Origin: a virus
Direction: 5' to 3' (one strand)
DNA: 64,000 bases
Virus record (IMG/VR): IMGVR_UViG_3300009168_000004
Coordinates: 1-64,000 of that record
The translations under genes were made by a program, and so were the position numbers. This document shows positions 23,601 through 32,512 of the stretch, in pieces. The stretch's first letter is position 1; each line of letters begins with the position of its first letter. The notes under the pieces were generated by a model. The model saw only the letters and a list, made by a program, of their open reading frames with translations, was not told the origin of the DNA and made no database searches.

Positions 23601-23878
23601 TCGTCTGAGCCCTCGAACAGCCAGACGCCCATCGTCATGGAGTGAACGTGCGTCCGGATGTAGTACCGGAAGGCGTCGATGACGGGGTCGGCTCCTGAGC
23701 CGAAGTCGAACTTGATGTAGCCGTCCCCCTGACCTGGCGTCATGGCCAGCCCGGGGTTGGCGGTGGTGTCCCCGTTCACCAGGTCGTTCGGGTCCCCCGC
23801 AAACATGTTGGACGTGACGGTGATGTCGGCCGTCCGGTCGCCTGCGCCTCCGGGGTTGGAGTATGCTGTGTCGACCAT
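20693..23878 (-). CDS. large acidic virion protein with about six discoidin/F5-8-like repeats (receptor-binding candidate)
   Basis: repeated GDRT..I.V, DG, FDFG, W.FEGS.D, YRYYR, E.EF; four AHFVDE-type motifs. Confidence 0.75.
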   Translation of the reverse strand: MVDTAYSNPGGAGDRTADITVTSNMFAGDPNDLVNGDTTANPGLAMTPGQGDGYIKFDFGSGADPVIDAFRYYIRTHVHSMTMGVWLFEGSDDDATYVNLASGLWLFTAGEEYAVACIEIAGFQSTVGYRYFRMTQGKSVVPPSVPELIEFEFKINSSETTPDPPPDPPPAPDYGEPGGTGDRTGTIWVSQNFSDLSGNAAKLIDGSFTNDATGSFKFDEALNQTSASIVFDFRPSGFKQRIVGFKWYQESVEALGVWTFEASDAPQTGYVPLMTGIALGEDVDAEYTFTNPNGYKYYRLRKTDPDVILTDDAWIEEIEFIIGATDAVPDPLPAYITVDRTGAISVTAVDADFTINPSEAAADGSWFDGDTGDDVAWLTIGTSGGLVFHFIRAQVINEMKWVQSGSSAQGLWRAYGSNDGSSYEAIGREPVRIGGSDIGNTTTYNGFNANDKAFLHYKLELQAGSSSVSHFVREVQFRTLEANLDPGDICLSYANALGSGDRTGDIVVSLDAGTEDTGSDLDCIVDGVRTGFSPFALLVDSNWAIKFDFGSLRMVRQAAIYWQTGNADTNQTAVWEGSNDGSTWTICSVPTNLANEIVNNGSYFRTVATLEDNDQFFRYYRMRRVSGSGALKIQEVEFWIDGGSAGNPCGTYKYVQSLGNRDNDGPYGIGMSLTGTLDSGAIHELVDGVTASGIVITTAQTGVVIKFDFRQKVFIETTKMNGFTPGTDFHGQHYFEGSNDDFVSDVHVLTDPWHAGTGFAFTSEQNVDAPGSYRWYRIRQKSTPGWLNSIGINEFDFRMFPQLSSGACAGDPPAVVSLEAHFVDESIFDIDGGPPGPAALEAHFVDEGVLSVEITDTNPCNLRIGDRTGRIAVTTDLATFEGTASNIVDGAFNWFSSGVTDALGIDMNADVTGLYIKFALDVPAKITGVRVVQSSADQLGTYQFQGSADGSSWTAIGSPLLIDQIDQLLDFSVNSTAYSWYRFLGTSGFAMGFQYLVEVEFVMASCPVELSSHFVDESILEAAPSVALHLAAHFVDEGRLRAREAHEPVTRVQVSPIPSGR

Positions 23879-23879
23879 C

Positions 23880-24656
23880 TTACGATCCCGGTATCAGCCC
23901 ACGTCGGCCAGCGAACGTTCCAGTGAACTCGACCGCAGACCCGTCGATGGCGACCGGCGGCATGATGGAGAGCCGATCGCCCGGCTCGAACTGCACCGCG
24001 TCCGGAAAGTCGATGGCGGGGTCCGTGTCCCCGGCGCCCCAGTTTAGCGTCCCGATCGGGGTGTCGTTCTTGCGGATCTCGAACTCCAGGGAGCTGGCAG
24101 GGCCAACGCGGAGCTGGAACAGCGAGTTGGCCAGGTTGTCCTCGAGGAAGACCTGCGTGGCGAAGAGGTGCGAGAAGAGCCGATCCTCGTCTGGGTCCAG
24201 CCCCAGGCCAGGCGCTCCGGGGACGAAGCAGGCCACGTCGTAGCGGTAGGGATCGTCGCCCCAGAGGCGCAGGTACGCGGGCTCGCCCAGGATGATCAGG
24301 TCCGGGTTGAACGGCAGGTCGATCGTGTGGTCCTGCAGGACCATGAACAAGCCTTCGCCGAACACCGTGATGATGTCCAGCTCGAAGACGGGCTGCCCGT
24401 CCTGCGCCTCGCCGCGCCACTCGAACGCTGCGACCGGCAGGGTGTAGGGCCCGAACGTCGTGCCGTCGGAGAGGAAGATCATCATCTGGCTGCCGATGAC
24501 CTCGATGTTGGAGATGCCAACCGCGCTCGGCGGGTTCTCCTCCATCTCCGTGACCCGGAAGTCCAGATCCCAGAAGTTCGTGTCGACCTCGGCCGCAGTG
24601 AGGGGCGACCCCGTGCCGGTGCCCCACACACCGTCTGTAACGTAGATGATGGCCAT
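23880..24656 (-). CDS. tail tip/fibre-anchoring protein
   Basis: G.PLT.AEVD.NF..L N-terminus typical of fibre proteins; position in tail module. Confidence 0.7.
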   Translation of the reverse strand: MAIIYVTDGVWGTGTGSPLTAAEVDTNFWDLDFRVTEMEENPPSAVGISNIEVIGSQMMIFLSDGTTFGPYTLPVAAFEWRGEAQDGQPVFELDIITVFGEGLFMVLQDHTIDLPFNPDLIILGEPAYLRLWGDDPYRYDVACFVPGAPGLGLDPDEDRLFSHLFATQVFLEDNLANSLFQLRVGPASSLEFEIRKNDTPIGTLNWGAGDTDPAIDFPDAVQFEPGDRLSIMPPVAIDGSAVEFTGTFAGRRGLIPGS

Positions 24657-24665
24657 GTCCTGTCC

Positions 24666-25058
24666 TTACGCCGGGTCTTTCGTAGTGCGCACCTGGTCCC
24701 GCTTGATGATCTCGATGTTGTCCGCCGGCTGGATGCGGGAGAAGCCGATGCGCGTTCGCTTCTTGTCGATCTGGTTCCGGCCCTGGTACTCGGTCATGAC
24801 CTCGACGTCGACGTACTGGTTGGCGTCGTCCTTGTTCTTGATCCTGGCCACGTCGAACTTGCGGCGCTCCTCCTTCGGGTTCGACTCGGCTTCGACGTCG
24901 TTCTGGTTCGAGGCGCTGAGCTGGAAGACGCTGGACCCGCTGTTGCCCCACTCCATGACGGTGTCCTCGACGATCTTCTCCTCGGGCTTCGTCGTCCGGC
25001 CGGCAGGGAAGACGCCACCGGGCAGGAACGGGCGGACCAGGTTCTCGACGTTGCTCAT
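24666..25058 (-). CDS. tail-module hypothetical protein
   Basis: MSNVENLVRPF; ATGA coupling to the upstream gene. Confidence 0.7.
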   Translation of the reverse strand: MSNVENLVRPFLPGGVFPAGRTTKPEEKIVEDTVMEWGNSGSSVFQLSASNQNDVEAESNPKEERRKFDVARIKNKDDANQYVDVEVMTEYQGRNQIDKKRTRIGFSRIQPADNIEIIKRDQVRTTKDPA

Positions 25059-26962
25059 GCGGTGGCCTCCAAGTCGATCTGGGTCGGGATGACGAGATCT
25101 TCGACTGTGATGGTGACGAAGGTCTCGAAGGGTCCGGTCGTCAGGGGCTTCAGCGTGAGGCTGATGACCGTCGGGATCTCCTTGAGCGCGCCGTTGACTG
25201 CCGCCACGTCTGCGATCATCGGGATCAAAGGCTCGAGAACGAGGCGCTGATCCTTGGACGAGTTCGTGATGCTGACCGCCTTGACCAGGTCCTTGGCCTT
25301 CAGGTTCAGGAGGTCGATACCGTCGTCGTTGGGCGTGTAAGCGTCCACCGTGAACGCGAGCTCCGTGACCGTCGGGTCGATCAGGCTGACGAGGGAGTCG
25401 TAGACCTGGTAGTCGGCCCCGACGTAGTCGGCTGAGCAGTAGGTCGGGGTGCCGGCGCTCTCGGTGTAGGGGGGTTCGTCCTTCCCGATCAGGCAGGCGA
25501 AGGTGATCTTGCTGAGGGCGGCTCCCGTGTCCCCGTCCAGGGAGTGAGCAATGGTGATGACCTTGCCCGTGGCCTCGCCGCCGGGGAGCCGGCCGTTCGT
25601 GACCTGGGCGTTCTTGCGCAGGCTGAACTCCAGCCCGACGTCCATCGGGCACTCGAACGTGATCTCGACGGCCCTGGCCTTGCCCAGCAGGTTGGCCCTG
25701 GCGATGCAGAGCAGGTACTTGATGGCCGCCTGTCCGCGCTCGGTCGTGAAGAACTTGCGCCTTCGCACGTCGCCGATCGGGACCTCGTCGCCAATCCAGT
25801 CGCTGATCTTGTTGCCGTTGATCTCCACCCGGATGATCTCGTCCTCTCCGGGCTCGGTCACGATCGGCTGGCAGGACGTTTTGAGATTGATGACCAGGGT
25901 CTCGCGATACTTCCTGGACACGTCGTAGCCCAGCACAAGGCGACCGATCCCGTAGCCCAGGGGAGCGTAGGTCATCTCGACCTGGCTGCTGAAGCCAGCC
26001 GTCTCGCCGCTCCACCACTTGCCGCTGACCTTCGGCTCGAAGATGATCGAACCGACGGAGAGGGGCACCGGCGGGACGGGGTCGTCGAACGGGTGCTCCG
26101 GGTCGGCGAAGTAGTGCGGGATCTCCATCTCGGGGACGCTGAGCAGCGAGTGGTCTTCGAGCTCCCCCAGGATCACGATGTAGCCGCCGGGGACCTTGGC
26201 GCCGGTCTTGGGCCAGTCCCCAAACAGCCCCTTGAACGTGAAGGACGTCAGGAACTTCCCGCCCTGGTAAGCCTCGGGGTCGACCGGCCAGGCCTTCTCG
26301 ATGAAGGGCATCATGTTGAGCCCGTCCCCAACGTCCACCACCACATCCTGGTCCCAGTCGACGGTTCCCTGCAGGACGATGGCGGAGGCCGGGGAGGCGT
26401 TCAGGGTCAACTGCATGTTCTCGTAGAACTGATCGTCCTCGGACAGCGTGACCGTGCCGTCTTCGCCGGAGATGATCGAGCTGACCGTCAGGTCGTGAGT
26501 CACCGGGTCAACGTGCCAGTGCACGGCGCGGCTCTCCAGCACGACGTCCGGGTCGTCCAGCTTGTCCTCGGAGATGAAGATCGGATCGTAGAAGGGGGAG
26601 ACCTTGAGCGTGTCGGCCAGCGCAGCCTTCTGCTCCAGATAGTCCTCGGGGCGAGCCGTGAAGGTGACCGTCACGATCTCGGCGAAGACGTCCGTCGGGA
26701 CGCCGACGATGCGGCCATAGAAGATCGGGATGATCACGCCCGCGTCGATCTCCTTGGACAGAAACGCCCACCGCATCCGGCCAGGCTTCAGGAAGCCCCC
26801 GTCCCTCGGGTTCCTCAGGTCGATGTCGATCTGCGCGAACTCGCCCTCGGTGTGGATGAACTCGAACGCCAGGACGTCCTCGTCCACAACGTTGTGCACG
26901 TCAGGATCGAAGGCGATCCCGCCGGAGGCCACGTACGCGAAGTAGAAGCGGTCCTTTGCCAT
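25055..26962 (-). CDS. tail tip / baseplate hub-like protein
   Basis: 635 aa, second gene after the tape measure. Confidence 0.65.
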   Translation of the reverse strand: MAKDRFYFAYVASGGIAFDPDVHNVVDEDVLAFEFIHTEGEFAQIDIDLRNPRDGGFLKPGRMRWAFLSKEIDAGVIIPIFYGRIVGVPTDVFAEIVTVTFTARPEDYLEQKAALADTLKVSPFYDPIFISEDKLDDPDVVLESRAVHWHVDPVTHDLTVSSIISGEDGTVTLSEDDQFYENMQLTLNASPASAIVLQGTVDWDQDVVVDVGDGLNMMPFIEKAWPVDPEAYQGGKFLTSFTFKGLFGDWPKTGAKVPGGYIVILGELEDHSLLSVPEMEIPHYFADPEHPFDDPVPPVPLSVGSIIFEPKVSGKWWSGETAGFSSQVEMTYAPLGYGIGRLVLGYDVSRKYRETLVINLKTSCQPIVTEPGEDEIIRVEINGNKISDWIGDEVPIGDVRRRKFFTTERGQAAIKYLLCIARANLLGKARAVEITFECPMDVGLEFSLRKNAQVTNGRLPGGEATGKVITIAHSLDGDTGAALSKITFACLIGKDEPPYTESAGTPTYCSADYVGADYQVYDSLVSLIDPTVTELAFTVDAYTPNDDGIDLLNLKAKDLVKAVSITNSSKDQRLVLEPLIPMIADVAAVNGALKEIPTVISLTLKPLTTGPFETFVTITVEDLVIPTQIDLEATA

Positions 26963-27417
26963 CAGCTTGGGTCGTCGTCCAGTTCATACTCTTCGAGCGC
27001 AACGCTCCAGTTCACGCCCGCCGCCCACTCCTCCTCGGAGATCGAAAAGCTCATGACGCGCATGACCAGGACCGGCCGGTAGTAGGTCCAGGCCCCTTCG
27101 ACCACGTGGCTACCTGGCACCGCGTCGCGCTCCTGAGCTCCGCCGGAGGTCTTGTACGAGAGGAAGGACAGGCACCTGACGGTCACCAGGGTTCCGGGGA
27201 AGTACGCGAACGGCGGCCGCTGGTCGGCGCCGCTGACGCTCGAGGCGAACAGCTTGAACTGTGGCAGCGAGACGTCGATCAGCTTTCCGTTGATCGACCT
27301 GCGCATCTGCGCCGCCTGCTGGATCGGGGCCAGCGTCTGAGTCAAGCCTCGGGCCGAGTAGGGCGGCAGGCCGGCGCCGCTGATCTCGAGGAGCGTTGAG
27401 AACCCTGGTGCTGGCAT
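26962..27417 (-). CDS. distal tail (Dit)-like protein
   Basis: first gene after TMP; RRSINGKL.D and W.V.LEE motifs. Confidence 0.65.
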   Translation of the reverse strand: MPAPGFSTLLEISGAGLPPYSARGLTQTLAPIQQAAQMRRSINGKLIDVSLPQFKLFASSVSGADQRPPFAYFPGTLVTVRCLSFLSYKTSGGAQERDAVPGSHVVEGAWTYYRPVLVMRVMSFSISEEEWAAGVNWSVALEEYELDDDPS

Positions 27418-29579
27418 TATCGTCCCACCCACTGCGGCTTGCGTCCGGTCGACCTGGTCTGCCGCCGGACCGCGTACTTGATCAGGCCCCTGGCGCTGTC
27501 CTCGGACGCCGTCACCGGGAAGCTCTCGCCACCCGGCAGGTTCAGGACGATGGGCCTGCCCCCGGCGGCCGGAGCCTGGACTGGCCCCCCATCCGCGAAC
27601 CGTGGCCTGCTGACGCTGCCTGCGAGCCCGCCCAGCGCGTGCTGGAAAGCCCCGCCAGGATTGAAGGTCCCGTTGTTGACTGAGCGCATGAACGCGTGGC
27701 CGTACTTGCGGACCGCCCTGGCGCGGATGACCCACTCGTTGTTCGAGAGCCAAGCCGGGATGCTGTCGGAGGTGGAGGTTCCGGGTCCCCGGATGTGCCC
27801 GCCTCCGGCGGCCTTGACCTCCCCGCCGCCCGCCGCGTTGTTGGCCTTGCTCTTGATCTTGTCCAGGAGCGACAGGAGGCTCTGGGCGAAGGTGAAGAGC
27901 CCACCCAGCTTCGACATGACGAACTCGACCGCGGCATTCCAGACGTTCTGAAAGGTCTGCGTGATCGACGTCCAGATCCCGTTGACGGTGTCAGCGATGA
28001 ACTGGAGGCCAGACCTGATCGCGTCGGGCAGGGTGACGGTGAAGAAGTTGACGAGCCCGTTCCAGACGGCGATGCTCGCATCGACGATCCACTTCCAGCC
28101 CGCAGCTACGATCTCTCCGAGGCTCTTCAGAGCAGATGAGATCGCGTCGGGCAGAGTCGTTCCGAAGAACGTGGTGATGCCCTGCAGGATCGACGACACC
28201 CCCGACGAGATCGCCTGCGGAAGAGTCGTCCCGAAGAACGTGACGAGCGCCGCCCAGACCTTGGTGATGTCCCCGCCCATCGCCTCGAAGGCGGCGAACG
28301 CCAGCATAACCGCGGCGATGGCCAGGCCGATCGGACCGAGCGACGCGACCACAAGACGCAGAGCAACCGCCAGGCCCCGGAGACCAATGGCCGCAAATCC
28401 AAGCGCTTGGGGCAGGCGAAGGAGGACGCTGAGGACGATCTGGAAGGCGCCACCTCCGGCCTTGAGCAGCGCGAACAGGACCGTGAAGGCTCGGGTCATC
28501 AGTCCCACAAGAACGACGATGGCCAGGCCGCCGCCCGTGAGCTCCGTCCCGAAGACCGCGTTGATCGCGGCGGCCACCGGCTGCAGGGCAGCGACGAAGG
28601 AGTTGATCGCGGGGATGACCGCGTTCTGGATGATGTTCGCGATCGTCCCGACGGCCTGGCCGATCACGGTGAACGCCCGCTCGACGCCTCCGCCCTGGAC
28701 GAACGCGTCGATCTTGGCGGCGATCGAGTCGAACGTGGCGATGATCTTCGCTCGGTTCTGCTCGAACAGGGCGACCACGCGGTTGACGATGCCGGAGACT
28801 GCAGGACCGAGACTCCGCTGCATGTCGCCGATGAAGGTGTCCGCCGCCCGTCCGGCCGTGATGAGCGAACCGGCGAGGGTTCCGCCGAACGTGTCGGCCA
28901 GCTTGCCGAAGGCCTCCTGCTTGGCCGCCGTAGCCTGAAGCCGCTGCGTCTCCTCCCGCAGCGCCTCCTCCTGCTGCCGGGTGAACTCCGCTTCCTTCTG
29001 AGACTGCTTGTACGAGAAGTTCAGATCCTGGATCGCCTGGTCGTACTCAGAGAAGGAGAGCTTGCCGTTGGCCAGGTCCCGATTGAGCCCCTGAACCGAC
29101 TGGCGATAGCTGAACTGCGCCTTCTCGGTGGCCTGGGCAGTCTGGGCGGCTCGGATCTGCGCGTCGGTCTGCGAGTCCTGCGACTTGCCAGCCTCGTCGT
29201 AGGACTTGGCAGCCAGCCTCGCCCCGGCGATCAGGCCTCCGCTGACCGCCGCAGCCATCGTGGCGACCCGACGGGAGCCCATGATGAAGCGGTTCGAGGC
29301 AGTGGCTGCGCGTCCCAGCCCGGACGTGAGCTTGCCGAAGCCGCTGGACATCGCCTCGATCGAGCCGAGCGCGCCAGGTGCAGGCCTGAGCTGCTGCAGA
29401 GCCTTGGCTCCGGAGCGCATCTGCGTGAACCAGCTGCTCAGGCTCTTGCCGGACCGCGCCGCCGCGCCGTCGATCGTCGCGAACGCGGTCTGTCCGGCCG
29501 CGCCGAGCGCAAGGAGGCCAGCCTCGGCTTGGGGCAGGCCTTCGATCCTGACTTCGGAAACGAGGTCTTCGTCAGCCAT
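27417..29579 (-). CDS. tail tape measure protein
   Basis: 720 aa, Ala/Gly-rich helical with aromatic periodic repeats; A.GG.I.GPGT.TSDSIPAWLSN.E motif. Confidence 0.9.
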   Translation of the reverse strand: MADEDLVSEVRIEGLPQAEAGLLALGAAGQTAFATIDGAAARSGKSLSSWFTQMRSGAKALQQLRPAPGALGSIEAMSSGFGKLTSGLGRAATASNRFIMGSRRVATMAAAVSGGLIAGARLAAKSYDEAGKSQDSQTDAQIRAAQTAQATEKAQFSYRQSVQGLNRDLANGKLSFSEYDQAIQDLNFSYKQSQKEAEFTRQQEEALREETQRLQATAAKQEAFGKLADTFGGTLAGSLITAGRAADTFIGDMQRSLGPAVSGIVNRVVALFEQNRAKIIATFDSIAAKIDAFVQGGGVERAFTVIGQAVGTIANIIQNAVIPAINSFVAALQPVAAAINAVFGTELTGGGLAIVVLVGLMTRAFTVLFALLKAGGGAFQIVLSVLLRLPQALGFAAIGLRGLAVALRLVVASLGPIGLAIAAVMLAFAAFEAMGGDITKVWAALVTFFGTTLPQAISSGVSSILQGITTFFGTTLPDAISSALKSLGEIVAAGWKWIVDASIAVWNGLVNFFTVTLPDAIRSGLQFIADTVNGIWTSITQTFQNVWNAAVEFVMSKLGGLFTFAQSLLSLLDKIKSKANNAAGGGEVKAAGGGHIRGPGTSTSDSIPAWLSNNEWVIRARAVRKYGHAFMRSVNNGTFNPGGAFQHALGGLAGSVSRPRFADGGPVQAPAAGGRPIVLNLPGGESFPVTASEDSARGLIKYAVRRQTRSTGRKPQWVGR

Positions 29580-30135
29580 TGGTCCGCAGGGCCTCCCGGT
29601 AGTATCGACCGAGCCGCTTCTGCTCCTGCCGAACGATGTCTCGCAGCCGCCACTTGCGCGGGATGACCACGAACTCCTTGCCCACGTACTTGGCCTCCAC
29701 CGTCCCGGCGCCCGTCCGGGCCATCAGGAGCGGCGATCGGCCCAGCCGCTCGACGCGGAAGAGATTTCCGGGGTAGTCGCGTGCCCTGATCCCCTGGGCT
29801 TCCCTGGCCCACGGCAGGGGTATCCACAAGAGGGGGCGGCCAAAGATCTTCGCCCCGAACTCGAACACCCGCCAGTAGAACACGCTGTGCGTGACCCGGA
29901 TGCTCAGCCGAACGCGGCTCCGAAAGGACAGGTACGCCCGGAAGCCAGCCTGCCACCGAGCGCTGCCGAAGTTCCCTCCGGCCTTGATGTTTTCGCGACC
30001 CCGAGTCTCAATGGCCGCCGCTGCCCGACGGGCAGAAGCCTGCGTGGCCTTGACCATCTTCTCGGAGTAGCGCTTTGTCTGCGCACTCCAGAGCTGGCCG
30101 ACGGCCTTGCCATTGAACGAGACCCGGATGGTCAC
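29572..30135 (-). CDS. neck/tail-completion (HK97 gp10-like) protein
   Basis: basic 187-aa protein with Y..VFEFGA.I motif. Confidence 0.6.
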   Translation of the reverse strand: MTIRVSFNGKAVGQLWSAQTKRYSEKMVKATQASARRAAAAIETRGRENIKAGGNFGSARWQAGFRAYLSFRSRVRLSIRVTHSVFYWRVFEFGAKIFGRPLLWIPLPWAREAQGIRARDYPGNLFRVERLGRSPLLMARTGAGTVEAKYVGKEFVVIPRKWRLRDIVRQEQKRLGRYYREALRTNG

Positions 30136-30375
30136 TGCGACTTGTCCTCCAGTTGCTTCATGAACTTAGCGAAGCCCTTCTTGTCGGCGTGCGCAGAGTT
30201 CCTCAGCAGCACGACCAGCCTGGCATCCCTCGCCATCTGGTCCCGTTCGATCACTTCGCACCAGGCGCTGAGCTGTCTGGGGGTGTAGCCCCAGGCGGCT
30301 TCGACGGGGTGCCCTGCTCGGATGACTGTGTTGAGGGCGCGGGCAATCTCGTAGCCGCTCCCTTGGTAGGCCCGT
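30132..30375 (-). CDS. tail assembly chaperone T segment (probable -1 frameshift product)
   Basis: GH....W.YTPRQL-like segment in the -1 frame overlapping the TAC; no obvious RBS/start of its own. Confidence 0.55.
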
Positions 30376-30763
30376 CGGCGACGCCGCCGCCCGCGCCCCA
30401 CAGCTCCGACAGGCCGTCGACGAAAGACTGCAGGCCCTGGGGGAAGGTGCACTCGACGATCCCCATGACCAGCAGGGCCGTGACCCCGGCCGGCAGCTCC
30501 AGGCACTCCTGGATCGCGTCCGGGTCGTCCTTCTTCCCCAGTCCGGCCGCGCACAGCTTGGCCAGCATGACGGGCGACTGCGAGAGTAGCGAGCTCACGA
30601 TGTCACCCTCGAGCCTCTTCTCGGCGAACACCAGACGCAGCTCCGGGATCTCCGACAGGAGGTTCATAATGAACGCAGCGCTGAGGCCCTTTACCTCAGC
30701 GATCTTCCGGTCCTTGACCTTGACCTCGAAGGTCATGGCACCCAGGTCAACAAGACTTACCAC
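30251..30763 (-). CDS. tail assembly chaperone
   Basis: lies between major tail protein and TMP. Confidence 0.75.
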   Translation of the reverse strand: MVSLVDLGAMTFEVKVKDRKIAEVKGLSAAFIMNLLSEIPELRLVFAEKRLEGDIVSSLLSQSPVMLAKLCAAGLGKKDDPDAIQECLELPAGVTALLVMGIVECTFPQGLQSFVDGLSELWGAGGGVADGPTKGAATRLPAPSTQSSEQGTPSKPPGATPPDSSAPGAK

Positions 30764-30835
30764 TCTACTCTCCTCGTTAGGAGGCGCCCGCTTTGGGAAG
30801 CGGACGCCGCCGGGTTAGGGCCGCCCGAAGCAGGC

Positions 30836-31390
30836 TTAGCTGGCGTCCGCCAGGTTGGTCCACTTGAGGATGCCGAACTTGCCGAGCGTGTCGCCCACGG
30901 TCTCGCTGACGAGCATCTCGCCCTCGAGCTCCATGTTGCCCCACTCGTCCTCCTCGAAGGCTCCGAACTCCCCGTTCGGGTTCAGGCTGACCCGGTACAG
31001 GAGCCAGTCGATCCGCGGACCGACGTCATTGGTGGCTTCGATCTTGAGCTGACCGATGATCTCGGTCTCGGCGAAGATCTCGACCTCAGGTCCGCCGACT
31101 GCGTCTTCGTCGAGGGTGCCCATGACCATCAGAGCCACGTTGTACGGCGTGAACTCCTCCATGGTGATGGCGAGGGTTCCGCCCTGCTCCAGGAGCACGC
31201 TCAGGTCCTTCTGACGAATGCCTTCGCGAGAGGTGAAGTGATCGAGCTTTTCGTTCGTCGGGGTGATGGTCGCTTCGGTGCAGTTGCCGAGGTCGGTCCA
31301 GTCTACGGCGCCGTCCTTCTTGAACGACACTTTGCCCTTGCCGATCCGATAGTTGCCGGTGTTCGGGCTGATGAGGGTTGGTTCAGGCAT
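30836..31390 (-). CDS. major tail (tube) protein
   Basis: NY.IGKG...DLGN...LDHF.SR.G; position in tail module. Confidence 0.8.
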   Translation of the reverse strand: MPEPTLISPNTGNYRIGKGKVSFKKDGAVDWTDLGNCTEATITPTNEKLDHFTSREGIRQKDLSVLLEQGGTLAITMEEFTPYNVALMVMGTLDEDAVGGPEVEIFAETEIIGQLKIEATNDVGPRIDWLLYRVSLNPNGEFGAFEEDEWGNMELEGEMLVSETVGDTLGKFGILKWTNLADAS

Positions 31391-31403
31391 ATCTCAAATT
31401 CTC

Positions 31404-31883
31404 CTATTGTCGCGTTGGATCGAACACGTAGGTGATGGAGAAGTCGAGCCGCATCTGACCTTCACCAGAGCTTCCACCCTTCATGTCGACGTCAGTGCCA
31501 GTCAGCTCGATAGCTCCGTTTGGTCCGACGAGGGTCCTCAGCGCCGCGTCCATTTCGACGGCGGCAAGGTATGCGAGCCTCATCGTATTCAACTCAGTAC
31601 CGATTTCTTCGTTTAGCGGCCGGCGGTCCTTCACAAGGAAGTAGACTTCAGGCCGCATCGTCACAAGCTGCGGGCCGATGCCGCTCGCTCCTCCCCTGCC
31701 CTGCCGCGACCCTGTGAGCCGCGAGGTCTCCGCGCCGTCGAGCAGGACAGAAGCTGGCCGCTCGTCCTGATCCACAAGCCCGCGGTTGCGATACGCGTTC
31801 TTGAACCGCGCCGAGTCAGTGACCGTCAGCCCTACGATCGTGGCGAAGAGCTGAGAGAGGATTTGTTCGCGCTTGTCGGCCAT
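31404..31883 (-). CDS. tail terminator-like protein
   Basis: D.REQIL N-terminus, F.ITY C-terminus; upstream of major tail gene. Confidence 0.6.
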   Translation of the reverse strand: MADKREQILSQLFATIVGLTVTDSARFKNAYRNRGLVDQDERPASVLLDGAETSRLTGSRQGRGGASGIGPQLVTMRPEVYFLVKDRRPLNEEIGTELNTMRLAYLAAVEMDAALRTLVGPNGAIELTGTDVDMKGGSSGEGQMRLDFSITYVFDPTRQ

Positions 31884-31890
31884 GCCGCCC

Positions 31891-32265
31891 TCAGTACGAA
31901 ACGTCTAGATCGCCGGTTGCGATGGCCACCTTCTCCCCGCTGTCCACGCCGACCGACGAGACAATTTTCTTGGCCAGGCGATTGCCAGCCGAGGCTGCGT
32001 CGTGGAGGGTCACGTAGGTCACGGTCGCTGCCCCGGAGGCGTCCCCGAAGTCGATCTCCGCCGTGTTCGACATGGCGCGAGCAGCGATGGAGCCGAACGT
32101 GACCGCCTGGCGGGTCAGGGCGACGGTGCCCGTGACCTCCGTGCCTGCCCCGTCGGGGTCGCCGTTGTAGAGTCCGGCGTAGACGTTTGCCGGGTCGGAA
32201 GGGAAAGCGCTGCTCTTCAGCCAGTTGAGCAGTGCGTCTCCGAGGTAGGTGGACATGTCGGACAT
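31891..32265 (-). CDS. small virion protein, paralogue of 20283..20681
   Basis: SDMSTYLG...GDP...DAASAGNRLA. Confidence 0.8.
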   Translation of the reverse strand: MSDMSTYLGDALLNWLKSSAFPSDPANVYAGLYNGDPDGAGTEVTGTVALTRQAVTFGSIAARAMSNTAEIDFGDASGAATVTYVTLHDAASAGNRLAKKIVSSVGVDSGEKVAIATGDLDVSY

Positions 32266-32293
32266 GGTCTAGGGATCTCCTTTGGTGCCCGTC

Positions 32294-32500
32294 TCAGCCT
32301 TCCAGCTTCGACTTGATGATCGGGATCGGCTCTTGCGGAGCCGGGTTGCTGGGATCGCGACGCGGCTCACCTGGCCGGCGCAGCCCCATGCTGAAGCCGA
32401 CCTTGCCGAGAACGACCTTCGTCTTGCCAGTCTCCGGGTCCTCGATGCGGTGGGGCTTCCTCTTGTCGATGCCAGCCTCCTCCGCGTACTTCTTTTCCAT
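32294..32500 (-). CDS. hypothetical protein
   Basis: 68 aa with GGGAG RBS; contains GKVGFSMGL. Confidence 0.6.
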   Translation of the reverse strand: MEKKYAEEAGIDKRKPHRIEDPETGKTKVVLGKVGFSMGLRRPGEPRRDPSNPAPQEPIPIIKSKLEG

Positions 32501-32512
32501 CGTTCAAACTCC

